Assembly: GCF_009914755.1 (NCBI RefSeq)
Contig: NC_060926.1
DNA length: 64,000 bases
Reading direction: 5' to 3' (one strand)
Source: the human T2T-CHM13v2.0 reference genome, Homo sapiens
Shown piece by piece: positions 13,839-28,869 of this stretch. How positions within the stretch are numbered: the stretch's first letter is position 1; the number at the start of each line of letters is the position of its first letter. The position numbers and the translations under genes are program-made. The notes below the pieces were generated by a model that worked only from the letters and a program-made list of their open reading frames with translations, made no database searches and was not told the DNA's origin.

Positions 13839-14038
13839 GTAAGAAAATCAGCCACACTACCCTTAGCATAAGCCTTTATTAGAAAATGCCTGAAATTAGA
13901 TGTCTCCAAAGAAACTCATTCTAATGTGGGGAGGATGACAGAATATTTTATCTGATAGGTTTTAGCAGGAGAAGTGTTGGCTGAAGTGCAGCTACTTTGG
14001 AGGATAGAAGCACTGTACTTATAGATCAGCAGCCATTA

Positions 14039-14355
14039 GGCTAGTTGCAGTGGCTCACACCTGTAATCCTGTAAACCTGTAGCACTTTGGGAGGCCGAGG
14101 CAGGTGGATCACTTGAGGTCAGGAGTTTGAGGCCAGCCTGGCCAACATGGTGAAACCCCATCTCTACTAAAAAATACAAAACTTACCCAGGCATGGTGGA
14201 GGGCATCTGTAAGTCCCAACTACTAGGGAGGCTGAGGCAGGAAAATCGCTTGAACCCGGGAGGCAGAGGTTGCAGTGAGCCAAGATGGAGCAGCGGCACT
14301 CCAGCTTGAGTGACAGAGCGAGACTCCGTCTCAAAAAAACTAAACAGAAAACATT
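14039..14355 (+). mobile_element. AluS (Sx/Sz-like), full length
   Basis: Dimeric Alu with A tail; TSD AGCAGCCATTA at 14028-14038 and 14356-14366. Confidence 0.95.
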
Positions 14356-14476
14356 AGCAGCCATTATTTGGAAATGTCTAAGAAGACATTTTATCAAGAA
14401 GAATAAAGAGGAAGAGTTGGGAATAAGGGACAAGGATATGTGAGGGTCACAATGAAAAGCTATCAAGTCCCTCAAG

Positions 14477-14508
14477 GTGTGTGTGTGTGTGTGTGTGTTT
14501 GTGTGTGT
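14477..14508 (+). repeat. (GT)n microsatellite
   Basis: Seen directly. Confidence 0.9.
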
Positions 14509-14509
14509 A

Positions 14510-15200
<691 letters not shown>

Positions 15201-15289
15201 TCAGGGGAATCTACATATTTAACTTGATAAAGAACTTTCAATGAGGGCTGGCATCAAGCTGAGAGCTTTATATATGCTCTCAAAGTATC

Positions 15290-15753
15290 ACCAAAACAAC
15301 CTGTGGATACAACAAAGCTGAATTTCTTGCTCACTGCTATAAAGCATACACTACCTGCACATTCCTGGCAGTACCTCAAAGGGAGAAGGACAAAGTTGAG
15401 ATATTTATAGAGGTTTCGAAGTCTGATTTAAAGTGGGTCTTTCAACACATGGGACTTAATTAGGATTGAGAAAAGATCTTGGCACAATAGTTCAAAATTA
15501 CTGGGCAGAGAAAGGACAGGAATTTTGAGACAAGAAGTCCAAGAGTCTTAGGGTGTAAATTATCATTTGATCCTTTCTATTGCAGTGTTGATGGGTCTTT
15601 CAGAAAGTCTTAGAATAAATAATAGTTATTTGGAACTCTTATCTTCCCAGGCAAGAGTTTCCAGGAAGAGTAAAGTTATATTAATGGAAGCAGTGGAATA
15701 GCAAAATCTGTTTAACATAACTAGTAAGCTGTGTAGATGGTGTTGATTCTAAC
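15290..15753 (-). mobile_element. Possible ancient ERV LTR (family uncertain)
   Basis: AAGCTGAATTTCTTGCTCACTG and TTTATAG (antisense polyA/TATA-like order), ending ...AACA; overall LTR-like. Confidence 0.4.
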
Positions 15754-16324
15754 ACTGGTGATTTCTCCAAGAACACTGGGTAGCGGTGTACTGATCATCA
15801 TTCCCCAGCCACTTGCCCAGGGTCACTAAGTAAAAAAGTGGTATGAATAAGATTGGTATGCAGGCAGTCACACCAGAGCCTGTGTTCTTTGTCACTACTC
15901 AATACTGCCTCCAGATCCTACCCCTGCAAATTTTGGCAAAGTGATAAGGCTATATCTTTGCTAGGTCTCTTGGCTTTATTCTGATTAGCTACTATATAAG
16001 ATGTAGGTCCAAAACTGAATTGCAGCCTGTGTCAAGAAGCTCTCACCCATGAACCTGCTGATTTGCTACCCTGACATAGCAACTCTCCTGCAGGAACAGC
16101 CTCCTCATCACTTCACTCCCTATATTGAACTCCAGCTCAATTCCCCACTGCTGTATACTCTCATCCCTATCATTTCCAGAATTACAGGTAATATTTTTTG
16201 TGTCTTTTTTGACTATCTGCCTGGACCTCTCTGATGGTCATCCCTAGAGCCCACTTCTGCAAACGCTTCATCTCCTCCCACTCCTGTGCTGCCATACACT
16301 GTGGTTTTCTGTTGGTTTAGGGCT

Positions 16325-16656
16325 GTGATCCACAAACAACAGTCCCTGGATAACATCTGGTCCACTGCCTATTCTTGTGTGGCTTTGCAACCCAAGAATA
16401 GTTTTTACAATGTTAAGATTGAGATAAGTCAAAAGAATAAGCTTTCATGACATATAAAAATTATATGAAACCCAAATTTTCATGTTCATAAATAGTTTTA
16501 TTGGGAGATGGGAGACAGCCACACTTACTCATTTACATATTGTCCATGGTTGCATTCAATGGTAGAGGTGAATGGCTGCAACAGAGATCGTGCAGTCCAC
16601 AAAACCTAAAATATTGACTATCTTATGCTTTACAGAAACAAATCTGCCAAGCCCTG
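16325..16656. mobile_element. MER58B-like hAT-Charlie MITE
   Basis: ACAGCCACAC..ACTCATTTACATATTGTC.ATGG, GCAACAGAGA, AAAACCTAAAATATT.ACTATCT..CTTTACAGAAA...TGCCAAGCCCTG terminus. Confidence 0.8.
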
Positions 16657-17387
16657 GAGCAGGACCTGTGCTGCCTTATGCCTGAATTCAAGATAACCTG
16701 AACTTCAGTTTCCCTACCTTCACCAGAGCAGAACAAGCTAGCTGGGCAGATGTCCAGGTCACCGGCAAGCATGCAGTCTGCTCTTTGGAAACTTTTGGAG
16801 TCTCACCACTGTCATCACCTCTGCTGCTACACGTTGATAATCTGTTAATGTCTTGAGAGGCATGGTGAGAAGCTCCAAAGGCAAGTTACAGCTGCACTGG
16901 TCAAGTCACTCCATCCCCTGCTCCAATCCTGGGGAACCGGGAGTTGCCAAGTGACAGAAGCAGGTGAGGAAGAGTTAATTGGGTAAATAGCAAGGATAAC
17001 AATCACTCCCTCTTCCCTTTGTTTCTAGCTTCTAACATTGAGAGATAGATCTTTTAATAAAATGAGACAAAAAAACTTTGTATTTAAACTGTGCTTTTAT
17101 GTAGCACCTAAACATGAGACTTGACTGTTAGAAGTGACCCAGAACACTTTTATTTCCAGGGGCTCTTGCCATAGCACAGTGATTTAAGAACAACAGAGTT
17201 AAAAGAATAAAGTTATTTTCCCACTTTGACTGTCACTCATGCAACTGGTTATTAGCAAGTTACCTGTAGCTTCCTTAGGTAGAAATTTGAACCACAACTC
17301 TACAGATTTGGGTTAGAGAATATTGGTGTTACTACAGCATTCTATATTTTTGCAGATTTGCAGCCCATCTCTACTATGATGCTGAAC

Positions 17388-17934
17388 TGTCATGAATGAC
17401 TTCTGTACATCAAGTGTGGAAAATAAAGACCACCCAGATGAGAAAAGCTAAGTCTGTTTATTCAGCGCATACTATAGCAACAGAGCCATCATCACTTGCA
17501 TTTTGGCAGAGAATCAAAGAAGGCAAAGAAGTGGGAAAGTTTTATAGCAGAAAAGAGGAAAGCCTTCAGGTATGCCTTGATTGGAGCCTGTTGGCATGGG
17601 AAAGCTATAGGGTGGTTAACTAGAAGACATCCTACATGATTGGTTAGGAGAGCAAATTTGGCTTTCTCTAGTTAGTCTTAAATTAAAAGTGGGAACAAAA
17701 ATTAGAGAAGCTCTCAGATATTAATCAAGTCCTGGCCATTTTGGACCGATTATTACAGAAGTTATTGTTCAGTTTCCTGGGTTGTTACTAGAGATAGTAA
17801 TCTGATTTATAGCAGGCTAGCTTCCTGGGTTGCTTATTGTAGATAAGAGGGTTGGCATCCTGGTCAGGGTGCAGGTCAGAGTTCTATTTTTATATATGAT
17901 CTGGCCATTGTTCACTTGTATATTCAGTCTCTCA
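17388..17934 (-). mobile_element. ERVL-class solo LTR (MER54/MER74-like)
   Basis: Reverse complement begins TGAGAGACTGAATATACAAGTGAACAATGGCCAGATCATATATAAAAATAGAACTCTGACC; antisense AATAAA near 17458; TG..CA ends. Confidence 0.65.
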
Positions 17935-20900
17935 AAAGCAAGATCTATATGAAAGCTTGTTTTTGTCTTGTTCTTCTTTGGGTTCCATAACATGGTTCTC
18001 AACATAGTGTAGGTGCTCAATACATTTGAATAAATGACTGAATGACTTCATGGTAGATGTTAGAAGTAGGAGCATCTGAGCTAATTTAATTGGATAAGCC
18101 AGATGTCACCACGCAGGGGAGAAAAACTGATGGAATTAGACATGAGAACAGGCTTTAGACATAGGGAGGTGTAACAAAATCTCTTGTCTTTGCTTCTTCA
18201 GTAATACCTATGACACCTCCAGTTTAGGTTCCACTCCCAGAAAAATCTTCCTGGTAAAATTTATCCCAAAGTTCAGCTTTGTTTTCTGGTCTTTGGGGCT
18301 CACACAGAAAATTGTGCAGTAAAATGAAACCTGACTGCTAGTTTCAAGACATGTATAGACATGAAACAGAGAAGTGTGAAGCATGGAGCACAACACAGTT
18401 TTGAAAAGACTAGATAGAGGGACAAAACCTTGAGCTGTAGAGTGACAGGAAGACAAAGGGACAGGGTGAAAGGTTATCTTTGGGGACAGTTTTGAAGGTG
18501 AATGCTACTCTACTCAACAGCCCTTCTATCTACAACCAAATCTCCACAGCACCTGGCCTCCATTTATATTTCCTAACTCATTTCTTTATTCCTGGGTAGG
18601 AAACCAGCAGGCAGCCAAACTGGCTACCAAAATATACTTTTTTTTTGTAGTTTTTATCTTCTTAACTTTCCCTCATGACATCTTTAGCTTGCCTGCCTTA
18701 AAGTTCCTCTTCTTCTCCTTTTCAGGTCATTTCCTATTCTACCTATCTTTCTTGACCCAGCCCAAAGCCAGTCTTTAAGATGCTTCTCTGACCAGCTAAA
18801 CTGAAAATTGCATGCCCCTTCTCTCCACGCTGATGACACTCATGCCATTACCATTTACTTACTAGTAGGCACTTTCTGTTTGGCTTTGTTTTATTACCTT
18901 ATCTTGTGTAAATGCCCATCTCTACCACTAGTCTCAAAGATGAAAGAGGTGCTGGCTTACAGTTCCTTGTACTGTCACAGTCTTTCTATCAGAGTTTTGC
19001 ACATGGTAGGGAAATAGTAAGTGATGGCTTATTGTGGCAATTATTAAGGGTTACTGGCACTTGAGAGATGAGTTTTAACATTAAGGCTTAGCTTAAATTA
19101 GTAACATGCACATGGATTCCCCCAAATGAGCTCATGATGTTTATTTATTATATATCAAATGAATTGTTTCTATAAAACGATGTTTCTTTTCCTCCTTAGA
19201 ATTGGCCATCAGGTTTCCTGTGTTTTTCCAAATTCGGCAATATTAGCTTTAACAACAATTATCATTTAGGAAACCATCTGCCAATATATGTTTTTATATA
19301 CCTTTCCTCCATTGAGTCCAGTGAGCTTTGCCAAACTGTTTCCAAAAGTAGTCTGTTACTTTAATTCACTTTTAACCAGTATGATTATCATAACTTTAAT
19401 TCCTTCTTCTTACAATTGCTCTACTAACATAAATAAAATTATATTCATTGTTCTCAAAATTCTTATTTATAAAATATGGTACAATCACTTTTCCTCCCCA
19501 AAGACTAGGATTTAACACCATTTTTCTGTTATTTTTCTTTAAAATGTGGTTCATGTTGTCACATTTATAAAATTGATTTGTACAAAATTTAGTCAATTTT
19601 TACTAATTTCATCTGAACTATTCTCTATATATCTATTTATTTGTTTACATGTATTGAAACAAAACATAATCACATCTACCTAAAAATTTTATTTTTATTG
19701 TTGTTTCAAATTTCTTGATTGGTTGGTTTAATTGTCAAGTAAATGAACCAAGTATTTTGGCACATGGTATCTGTGTATGAAGACTCACAATGATAGTGTT
19801 TTAAAGCATAGGATGAAAATAAGTTAAGATTCCCTAAAGATTAGAATGGTTGATTGCTATAGAAAATTATTTGCTCATTTTGAGCTAAGGAATGAAAGAA
19901 AGGCTGTAAAGGAGGTGCTCACTCAGCCTTAACATCACTGAGCCCAACTGAACCATCATCACACCTGTGATTAGAAACCTTCATCATCAATCACCAATTA
20001 TAGCAGATAAGAATATAGAAGTTAATGATGCCAGTCGTGACAATTGCTGAACACATTTAAATGAGGTGCAGCATCTGATTGAATTGCCAGATAACTTTAA
20101 GGATTTCAGTAAATTCCTCTTCTAGTATAAAAATAAAAGTGGAAGGAAAGCACCCCAAAACTATCATGACAGACATATTTGCAAATCAATACTTAAAATA
20201 GAGATTTATTGTAGAGAAAAAAGGAGTAAAGCTTTTTGGTTTTGTTTTTGCTTAACATACAAAAAAAAAAAAAGTAAACCAAAGCTATAGAGGCAAATGA
20301 AAATAATGTGACTAAATTATGCAACTTGAAAAATGAAGCAAAGGACAGATACCCAGAAAATTTGCATGGAATACCAATTTCACTGTCCGAATGAAAAATT
20401 AGACTAGAATAACAATGAAAACAAATCCTAGTAGGTAAAACCACAGTGGATTTGTTTGTGTCAGGTCACATCTGCCGAGCCCAGAAAGCCTGCTGAGGAC
20501 ACTGGTTAATAGTAAACACCTTTTTGGAGCTGCCTGTCACAAGGACCACATCAGGGAATTCCCCTTAATAAAATCAGTAACTTTATTTAAAAAAAAAAAA
20601 AAAACTAAAAACTAAAGTCATCAACTTATATTTAAATTTCAAAAAGAGAACTAGCTTTTTAAAAAAATTACAAACAAATGTATAAATCTAGATTTTGTAT
20701 GCTATACTGGATCTGCTTAAGGTGCCACATGCCTGTATTTAGAATATGTCCCACAAATAAAAATAATATTCTATGAATGCAATAAAAAACAGAGATATTG
20801 GCTAGCTGTTTTGCTTAATCTGTAAAGTGAGATTTGAAATGCATGAAAAGCTGATATAAAAAGAATAACCATAGCATTAACAATACTGATGTCATGGCAG

Positions 20901-22139
20901 CTGGCATACCTACAATGTTTTAGGCCCTAAACTACATTTTCTACCGTCACTGTCACGTGGCGAGCCACATATTGTGCAATATGCTTTAGCAGGCATGTTG
21001 CTAGTAAACTGAAGAAGCACTTGCTTGATGGGAAAAAGAAAGGATGAAAGAAACGACCAGAGCAAACTTGAGGTCAAACACAAAATCAAAGTTTATGATT
21101 TGGCTCTCAGTTTTATTTCAATAACTGAGAAGGAACGAAAAAGAAGCAGTAAAGCAAAACAAAGTAGAATGCACTCATTTGGAGCCAGGAAAATGTTTTT
21201 GAAGGAATCTTTGGGGTGGAAGTGCTTAGTCACAATACTGGTTGCATAAGGAGTGCTACGCAAGAAAAATAACTCGATCTTGGGGGAAGAGCTCTCCCGT
21301 GTGGTGTGTCCCTCCTGTCACTGTGAGGACCACAGTCATGGTTGTGAAACCAGCCGGCAACTCAGGCTGCCCTGGTGCCACAGAGCTCCAAGTCCAAGAA
21401 GTAAGACCAGCAGCGTGTTAATCTTATTAATCCCAAAACTGGCTTTATTTCTGCACTGGAGAGGAAGGATAGGGGGTTTCTATTACTGACTAGGAATCTG
21501 AAACCCAACTTTGTGGTTCCCAAAAACCCAGTTCAGAAAACCTTATTTAAACATTTATTTAACTCACCTGCTTAACTCAGTCCCCATCCCCTCCCCTACC
21601 AGGAATCAAGTAACTCAGAATCGATGGATGCATTTTATGTCTTCCTCAATCATACAAGCCACAAATGGTTACCTAAGGGCTAATTTTGCACCGGCCCTTC
21701 CTATAACTCCCTAGTAGTGGAACATCGGCCCTGTACACGCAGGACAGGGGTCAGGAGAGCCAACAGTTGGAGGTTTAGACTTTGAGTACTAAAAAGCTCA
21801 TTTTCAAACATTTCATCTGATTTCTCTTTCCTGATAGAAGTTTTCTGGGGGGATTTTTTTCCTCAGCTGTTATCTATTTCTAACAAAAACTTTAGAAAAA
21901 TTTTCCTGTATAGATATTTCACCATGGGAAACATTTATTATAATAAGAATTTAAGTGTATATTTAGGAGTCCTTATGCAAGTGAGCAGCAACTAGTTTAT
22001 TCAATTAATTGAACAGCTGAGAACTACAAATGGTTTTTTATGTTATACCAGTTAGAGTTTATTTTACTTATAAAAAACAAATGTGCAACTTAAACTATCT
22101 TTTACCGTAATGGCCTTTATTCATTCCCTTGTGTAATTG

Positions 22140-22460
22140 AAACATTCAGCATGTTCTGGGTTCCCTGCAAGAGTGGATTCAGCAACCCAGCAATGCCGCA
22201 GAGGCTCCTGGTCCCTCCATTTCTAGGCTTTGTCTTGCAAGGCAGCAGCCTCATCCTCTGTCTTGCTCTTGATCCAGGGTGGCTGCTGTCATTCTTCGTC
22301 AAGACGTCGAGACCTGTAGGGGCTCACTTTTCTTCCCGCAAACATAGAACCGAAGTCTTGTACTTCATGCAAGTGATCCAGTTCAGGTCAGATAACTACT
22401 CTAAACCAATCACTGTGGCCAAGGGGAAAGGACTTTGCTAGGTACCTTACCCTAGTCCAG
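22140..22460 (-). mobile_element. Old MaLR LTR fragment (MLT1K/L-like)
   Basis: AACCAATCACTGTGGCCAAGGGGA hallmark. Confidence 0.6.
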
Positions 22461-23514
22461 GTCAGAACTGAATGATGCGCAGTGGTAGTCATTTCCAGGG
22501 GCAGCACTTGGTGATATTGACAGGTCTTGGCAAAATCTGATCATGAATCTGTTCTATTTGGTATTTGAAAAAAGGACTGACTTATCTTTTAGGAGTAGAC
22601 TGAGTTGGCTTCAGATTCTTTAAATTGATCAGGATAAAGGCAGAAACAGGTGAAGGGAGAGATGTTGCTTCCCGAGGGAGACCCTGGACTTCCTATTAAC
22701 AGGGTATGTGAGATGTCAAGTAATAATAAGAAAAAAACAGCTAAAATGGAAGATATGTAGCCCTAATGGTAATCTGGTTTTCTGCAGTAGGTCATAGAAG
22801 TTCCAACAGGCTACTGCTTGGACATGTAAGTTTTGTGAAATAGACAAGATTTATCCATTAAGTAATTGTCCTTATTGGTTGGTACACACCCTCTTCTGTC
22901 CCTGAAACTGGTGGAACCAAACTGTTGAGAAGCAGACAGGTCATGCTTCTCACAAAGCAGGAGCTGCCATCCCTAGCAACTATGGCTGGACCAGACTATG
23001 TCTGAGTTAAGGGTGACAGAAGACAAAAGCTTAGAGACATATTCAACTAAAGAAAGTATACAGGGAAAGGAATGGGGCCTGGTATTATGATCAGAAAAGA
23101 GATTGAGACAAAATAGAAAAGGAGATGGTGGGACATGAAAAGCTGCTGTATGGAAGTTGTCTTGGGCATCCTAGAGCAACATTCTACTGCTTCTGCTGCT
23201 GCCAGTCAGGATTAGTTGTTTGTTATGAGGACCTTGCTTCTATCACTCAGCACTGACCATACCAGTTCATGGAGCAGGAACTGGAAAGCATTCTGAACCT
23301 AGGAGGAAGGCAATGCTCAGTCTCCACTGCCATTTCTCATTGGCCTAGGCATGGGCCTTGGCTTTGAGGTGCTGAGTCTGGGGGAGCCGTTTCCTGGCCA
23401 TGATGAAGCCAGGGGTCGGTATGTGTAGACAGTGCTAAGGAGGCCACCCAGTGCAGTTACCAGGCCAACATCCATCACGCAGCCTCTGACAGCAGGACCA
23501 CCGGGCTGTGACAT

Positions 23515-23982
23515 TGTATTTGTTTCCCAGGGCTGCTATAACAAAGGACCACAAACTAGGCGGTGGCTTAAAACAGCAGAAATGTATTGTCTCACAGTTC
23601 TGCAGGCTAGAAGTACAAAATCAGGATGTCAGCAGGGCTAGTCTCCCTCTGAAACCAGCAGGTGAACATCCTTCCTTGCCTCTCTCTGGCTTCTGGTGGT
23701 TTGCTGAGAATCTTTGGCATCCTTTGGCTGGTGGCTACATAACTCCAGTCTCTGCCTTCATCATCTGTCACATGGGGTTCTCTCTGTCTCTGTCTTCACA
23801 TGACTTTCTTCTTACAAGGGCACCAGTCATAAGGGCTAGGGACCAACCTCACTCTAATATGACCTGAACTTAAATCATTACATGGGCAACAACCCTATTT
23901 CCAAATAAGGCCACATTCTGAGGTTCTGAGGTTAGGGCTTCAACATATCTTGTTTGGGGAGGACACAATCCAATCCATAACA
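23515..23982 (-). mobile_element. MLT1C-like MaLR solo LTR
   Basis: TGTATT.GTTTCC.AGGGCTGCTATAACAAA..ACCACAAACT...TCTCACAGTTCTG...CCCTATTTCCAAATAAGG.CACATTCTGAGGT...CAATCCATAACA. Confidence 0.9.
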
Positions 23983-24515
23983 GATACTAACTGAAATGAA
24001 GGAAGTTTAGCAAAGTAAAAAAAAAAATAATGCCTATCACATGGAAGCAAAGATATATATTTGTTCTCTGAATCTGGAATGCTGCAAAAATTGTGTACCT
24101 GTATGATTTAAAGCTAGATCATTCCGATGTCATCAGGCTATCTCGGTTCAGTCAACGGCTCTGCAGAGAATCCCAAAGTCAAGGCTCACTGATGGCTCTT
24201 CAGAATACAGAGGGTAAAGCTCAAGAAATTATATTCTGATGCCAAGCATTTGGATCAAGTTTGGCTGGTCAAAGAAGAAGAAACAAGAGAATAGCAAAAT
24301 CAAACAGAAAATCACTAGTCCTGAAGCTTTTCAAGTTCATTAACCGTACAATGGAAAAAAAACAGCAACAATATTTGCTATCTTAATAGCATCATTAGCT
24401 TTTTTAGAAAATGGGGGGAAAAAGTAAGGGGTAAACATGTCTAAGATTCCAGATCAAAATAAATTTTGTGTTTCTGTCTTTATAGGTATTTGCATATTTT
24501 TAAACAAAGTCTGTC

Positions 24516-24813
24516 TTTATTTATTTATTTATTTAAGAGACAGGGTCTATTACCCAGGCTGGAGTGCAGTAGTGTGATTGTAGCTCACTGCAGCCTCAAC
24601 CTTCTGGGTTCAAGCAATCCTCCCACCTCAGCCTTCTCAGTAGCTGGGACTACAGGCACATGCCACCACACTCGGCTAATTTTTTGTATTTTTTGTAGAG
24701 ACAGGGTTTTGCCATGTTGCTCACGGTGGTCTTGAACTTGTGGGCTTAAGCGATCTACCTGCCTCGGACTCTAAAAGTGCTGGGATTGCAGGCATGAGCC
24801 ACCGCACCTGACC
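24516..24813 (-). mobile_element. AluJ, full length
   Basis: (TTTA)n tail, GAGACAGGGTCT, TCAAGCAATCCTCCCACCTCAGC, GTAGAGACAGGGTTTTGCCATGTTGC. Confidence 0.93.
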
Positions 24814-24833
24814 TGTCTTCTCTTTAATATATA

Positions 24834-24865
24834 TAGATAGATAGATAGATACATAGATAGATAGA
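24834..24865 (+). repeat. (GATA)n tetranucleotide repeat
   Basis: Seen directly. Confidence 0.85.
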
Positions 24866-25049
24866 CCATATGTACATAAATAGTATTCTCTTTTAGATAA
24901 TCTTGATCAAAGCACAAATTCTCACATAATATTTAGACTCATTTTCAGCTTTAATTTCAAAATAAAATTCACAAGGGATTTTAAATGTAGGTGTCTGTGT
25001 ATGAAATAGATCAAAAATGTAAATTAAAAGACATTGTTTGTGAGACTAA

Positions 25050-25358
<309 letters not shown>

Positions 25359-27457
25359 AGGAAGTTTTTTATAACAGTAAGATTAGGCCTGTGAAATTTA
25401 GTCATACTCAAAGGCATTGTCTGATTTGTTTTTTAAATGTCTTTATTAGAATTTAAAATAAGATATTTGAGTGTTTGATACGGTATTCTTTAAAGAATAC
25501 CATACTGAGAGAATACACCTAAGTGGCTGGTACTGGATTTAGAGTATGTCTTTCTACAATTCATTTAATTTCGTTTATATAAACTCTGATGTTGATTCCT
25601 GCAACGACTATAGATTCTGAAGCTGGCCCCCCAGTCATCAACACAAGTTATGCACACCGAGCAATCTGGCCTTGAAGGAGCATAATGGCTTTAATGAGTA
25701 GGAAATCACTTAGGAATTTTGACACATGGTGATATGCTTAAGCAATTAGGCCTGTCCTTCGCTAGGAGGCTCTGCTGTTAATATGACAATGAAATTGACT
25801 ATGTCACTTCAACCTTCTAATGGCTTGAAGCAACTTTGTTCATTGCCCATCAACACCAGTCTGAATCTTACTTTCTAGGGAAAGCGCTTGGCTGCAGGCT
25901 GACTTGAATTTGTGTTCGGGATCAGCTGTAATCACATGGGCGTGATTTATTGGTTTTCTATCTAGTGCTTTCTGTTTGTACTGAAAATATGCAATTTGTT
26001 TTCCTTCTGAAACAATCAAAGTGAATTATTTTAAATTGATGCCTGCTTAACTCATACGGGTGGCTCAACCTGTCAATGATCAAAAAGTCACTTAAAAGCA
26101 TAACGCATGGCAGCCCCCTCCCCGCCCACCAAGTATTTGGTCTAGACTGTTGTTTACACTGACTTTCTTTATTCATGTCCCCACCATCTGATGTCTCTGG
26201 AAGATGCTCAGAAATATGGCAAGAGGTAGAGGAAGTGAGTCTTGGAGTTTTTATTGGTTGAGTAACCAAAAACAATGTACTGTGGTCAAATCAGCCAGAA
26301 CTCTATAGACAGCCTACAGATTTTAAGATTTCTAAGAGAAATAGTCATGTGAAAAATGACTTGCCCTACTATAAAGTAGAAATACTGTCAGCCCACAAAT
26401 GATCAACTCTGCCAAATACATTCCTATTAATTTGAGTCACAAACATGTATTAAGCACCTGTGCTGTGTACTGGCATTGCAGTGGTAGATCAGACAGAACA
26501 TGCAATTCCTAGTCTTAGGGGCATATGACCTACAAATAAATATTCAGTTCCTACCTCCCCACCCACCTCATTCTATCCCTTTTTTCTATCCATTGTGTGT
26601 CTGTCTCATTTTTGATTTACCTATCTTTACCCCAGCTTGGTATACAAGTAAGCTCAATATACATTTTTTATTTGAAAAGACAGTGATTTGCAGATAACAG
26701 AAATAGCACCAGTCTCACTCTTTCAATATAAAATGATAGCACTACAAAAATGAAGATTTTTTTCAGCCTATAAAAGCAATACCTAATTATTGGGGGGAAA
26801 ACATGGAAAAGAAATAGAACAACAAAAAATAAATAAAAATTTCTTGCAATCCTGTCTCTGAGAAAATCTCACTAAACCTTTTGGTATATTTCCTCTCAGA
26901 TTTTTACCTTATCACATCTATATTCATTTTTTCACTTAATGCAAGATTATTTTCTTATATGTTTAAAATTATTTTTAAAAAATCATCTTATTGATTAACT
27001 AAGAATTTACCATGTATAATTTATTTAATCATTCTCAAAAAATTACTATAATACAGAGTAGTCAATTTAAAAAAATAGGAAAAAAGGCTTTGTTTTTGTG
27101 CAAAGGTCCTTTTAGTAAAAGGTAAAAAAAAAAGTGGGGGGGATATCTACTTTCTTTTTTTTAAGTGTCTTTTAAAAGCCATCATATAAATCAAGATACA
27201 TTCTTTTTTTTTTTCTTCCCTTACCATGGCATCTGTATAATGTCTATTGAAGCCCACCTTTGACATTTATGATTGTAGGTATAACACAGATGGCAGGGAA
27301 GGAGACATAGGCCAGAGAGCTAGTTCACATCTGCCCTGGGGAGCCAATTTACTCTGTCGTCATAACGGTACCTCAAGGCTCTGTAGTAAACACTTGTCTA
27401 AGGTCTAAGGCATAGGATACAGAAAATGGTAAAATAAAAACCAATTACTAGGTGGCA

Positions 27458-27847
27458 GAAAAAAAGGAAAAAGAGAAAGAAGGGAGAGAAGAATAAAACA
27501 AGGAAGAAAGGAAAGAAGGAAGAAAGGAAGGAAGGAATGAAAAGGAAGGAAAAGGAAGGAGAAGGAAGGAAAAGGAAGGAGAAGGAAGGAAAAGGAAGGG
27601 AAGAGAAGGGAGGAAGGAAGGAAGGAAGGAAGGAAGGGAGGGGAAGGAAAGGGAAGGGGAGGAAGGGAGGAAGGAAGGAAAGACGGACGGAAGGAAGGAA
27701 GGAAAGGAGGAAGGGAGGAAGAGATGAGGGAGAAAGGGAGGAAGGAATGAAAGAAAGAAGGGAGAGCGGTAGAGAAAAGGAAGGAAAAGAAAAGAGAGGA
27801 GGGGAGAGAAAAGGAGAGAAGGAAAAGGGGAAAGACGGAGGGGAAAA
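27458..27847 (+). repeat. Long GA-rich polypurine tract (GGAA/GAAG)n, about 390 bp
   Basis: Almost exclusively A/G on the + strand. Confidence 0.95.
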
Positions 27848-28020
27848 GGTAGACATTTGCTAGCTATGACTCCAGAACCAACTTGCTGTTGTGACTGTAG
27901 GTGAAATAATTATCTTCCAAAACCTGCAGTTTCCTCCTATATAAAATGAACACAATCATAGTACATATTGAATAGTGTTAGTTGATTAAGTGACTAAAGT
28001 TAAATGCCAGATGCATCTTA

Positions 28021-28798
<778 letters not shown>

Positions 28799-28869
28799 TG
28801 ATAATATAAATCTTGTGAATGGACGTGTGTGTTTTATCCATGGTCTGCTTGAACAGTCCCATAGGTATA

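Noticed and set aside
13005-13842. GC-richer block with a 132-aa ORF having a hydrophobic N-terminus
   Set aside because: The ORF starts at GTG, ends in a (CA)n repeat and has no recognisable homology or exon structure; it may be an unrecognised old LTR
27398-27863. 152-aa and 108-aa ORFs
   Set aside because: Both are translations of the GA/CT simple repeat and have low complexity
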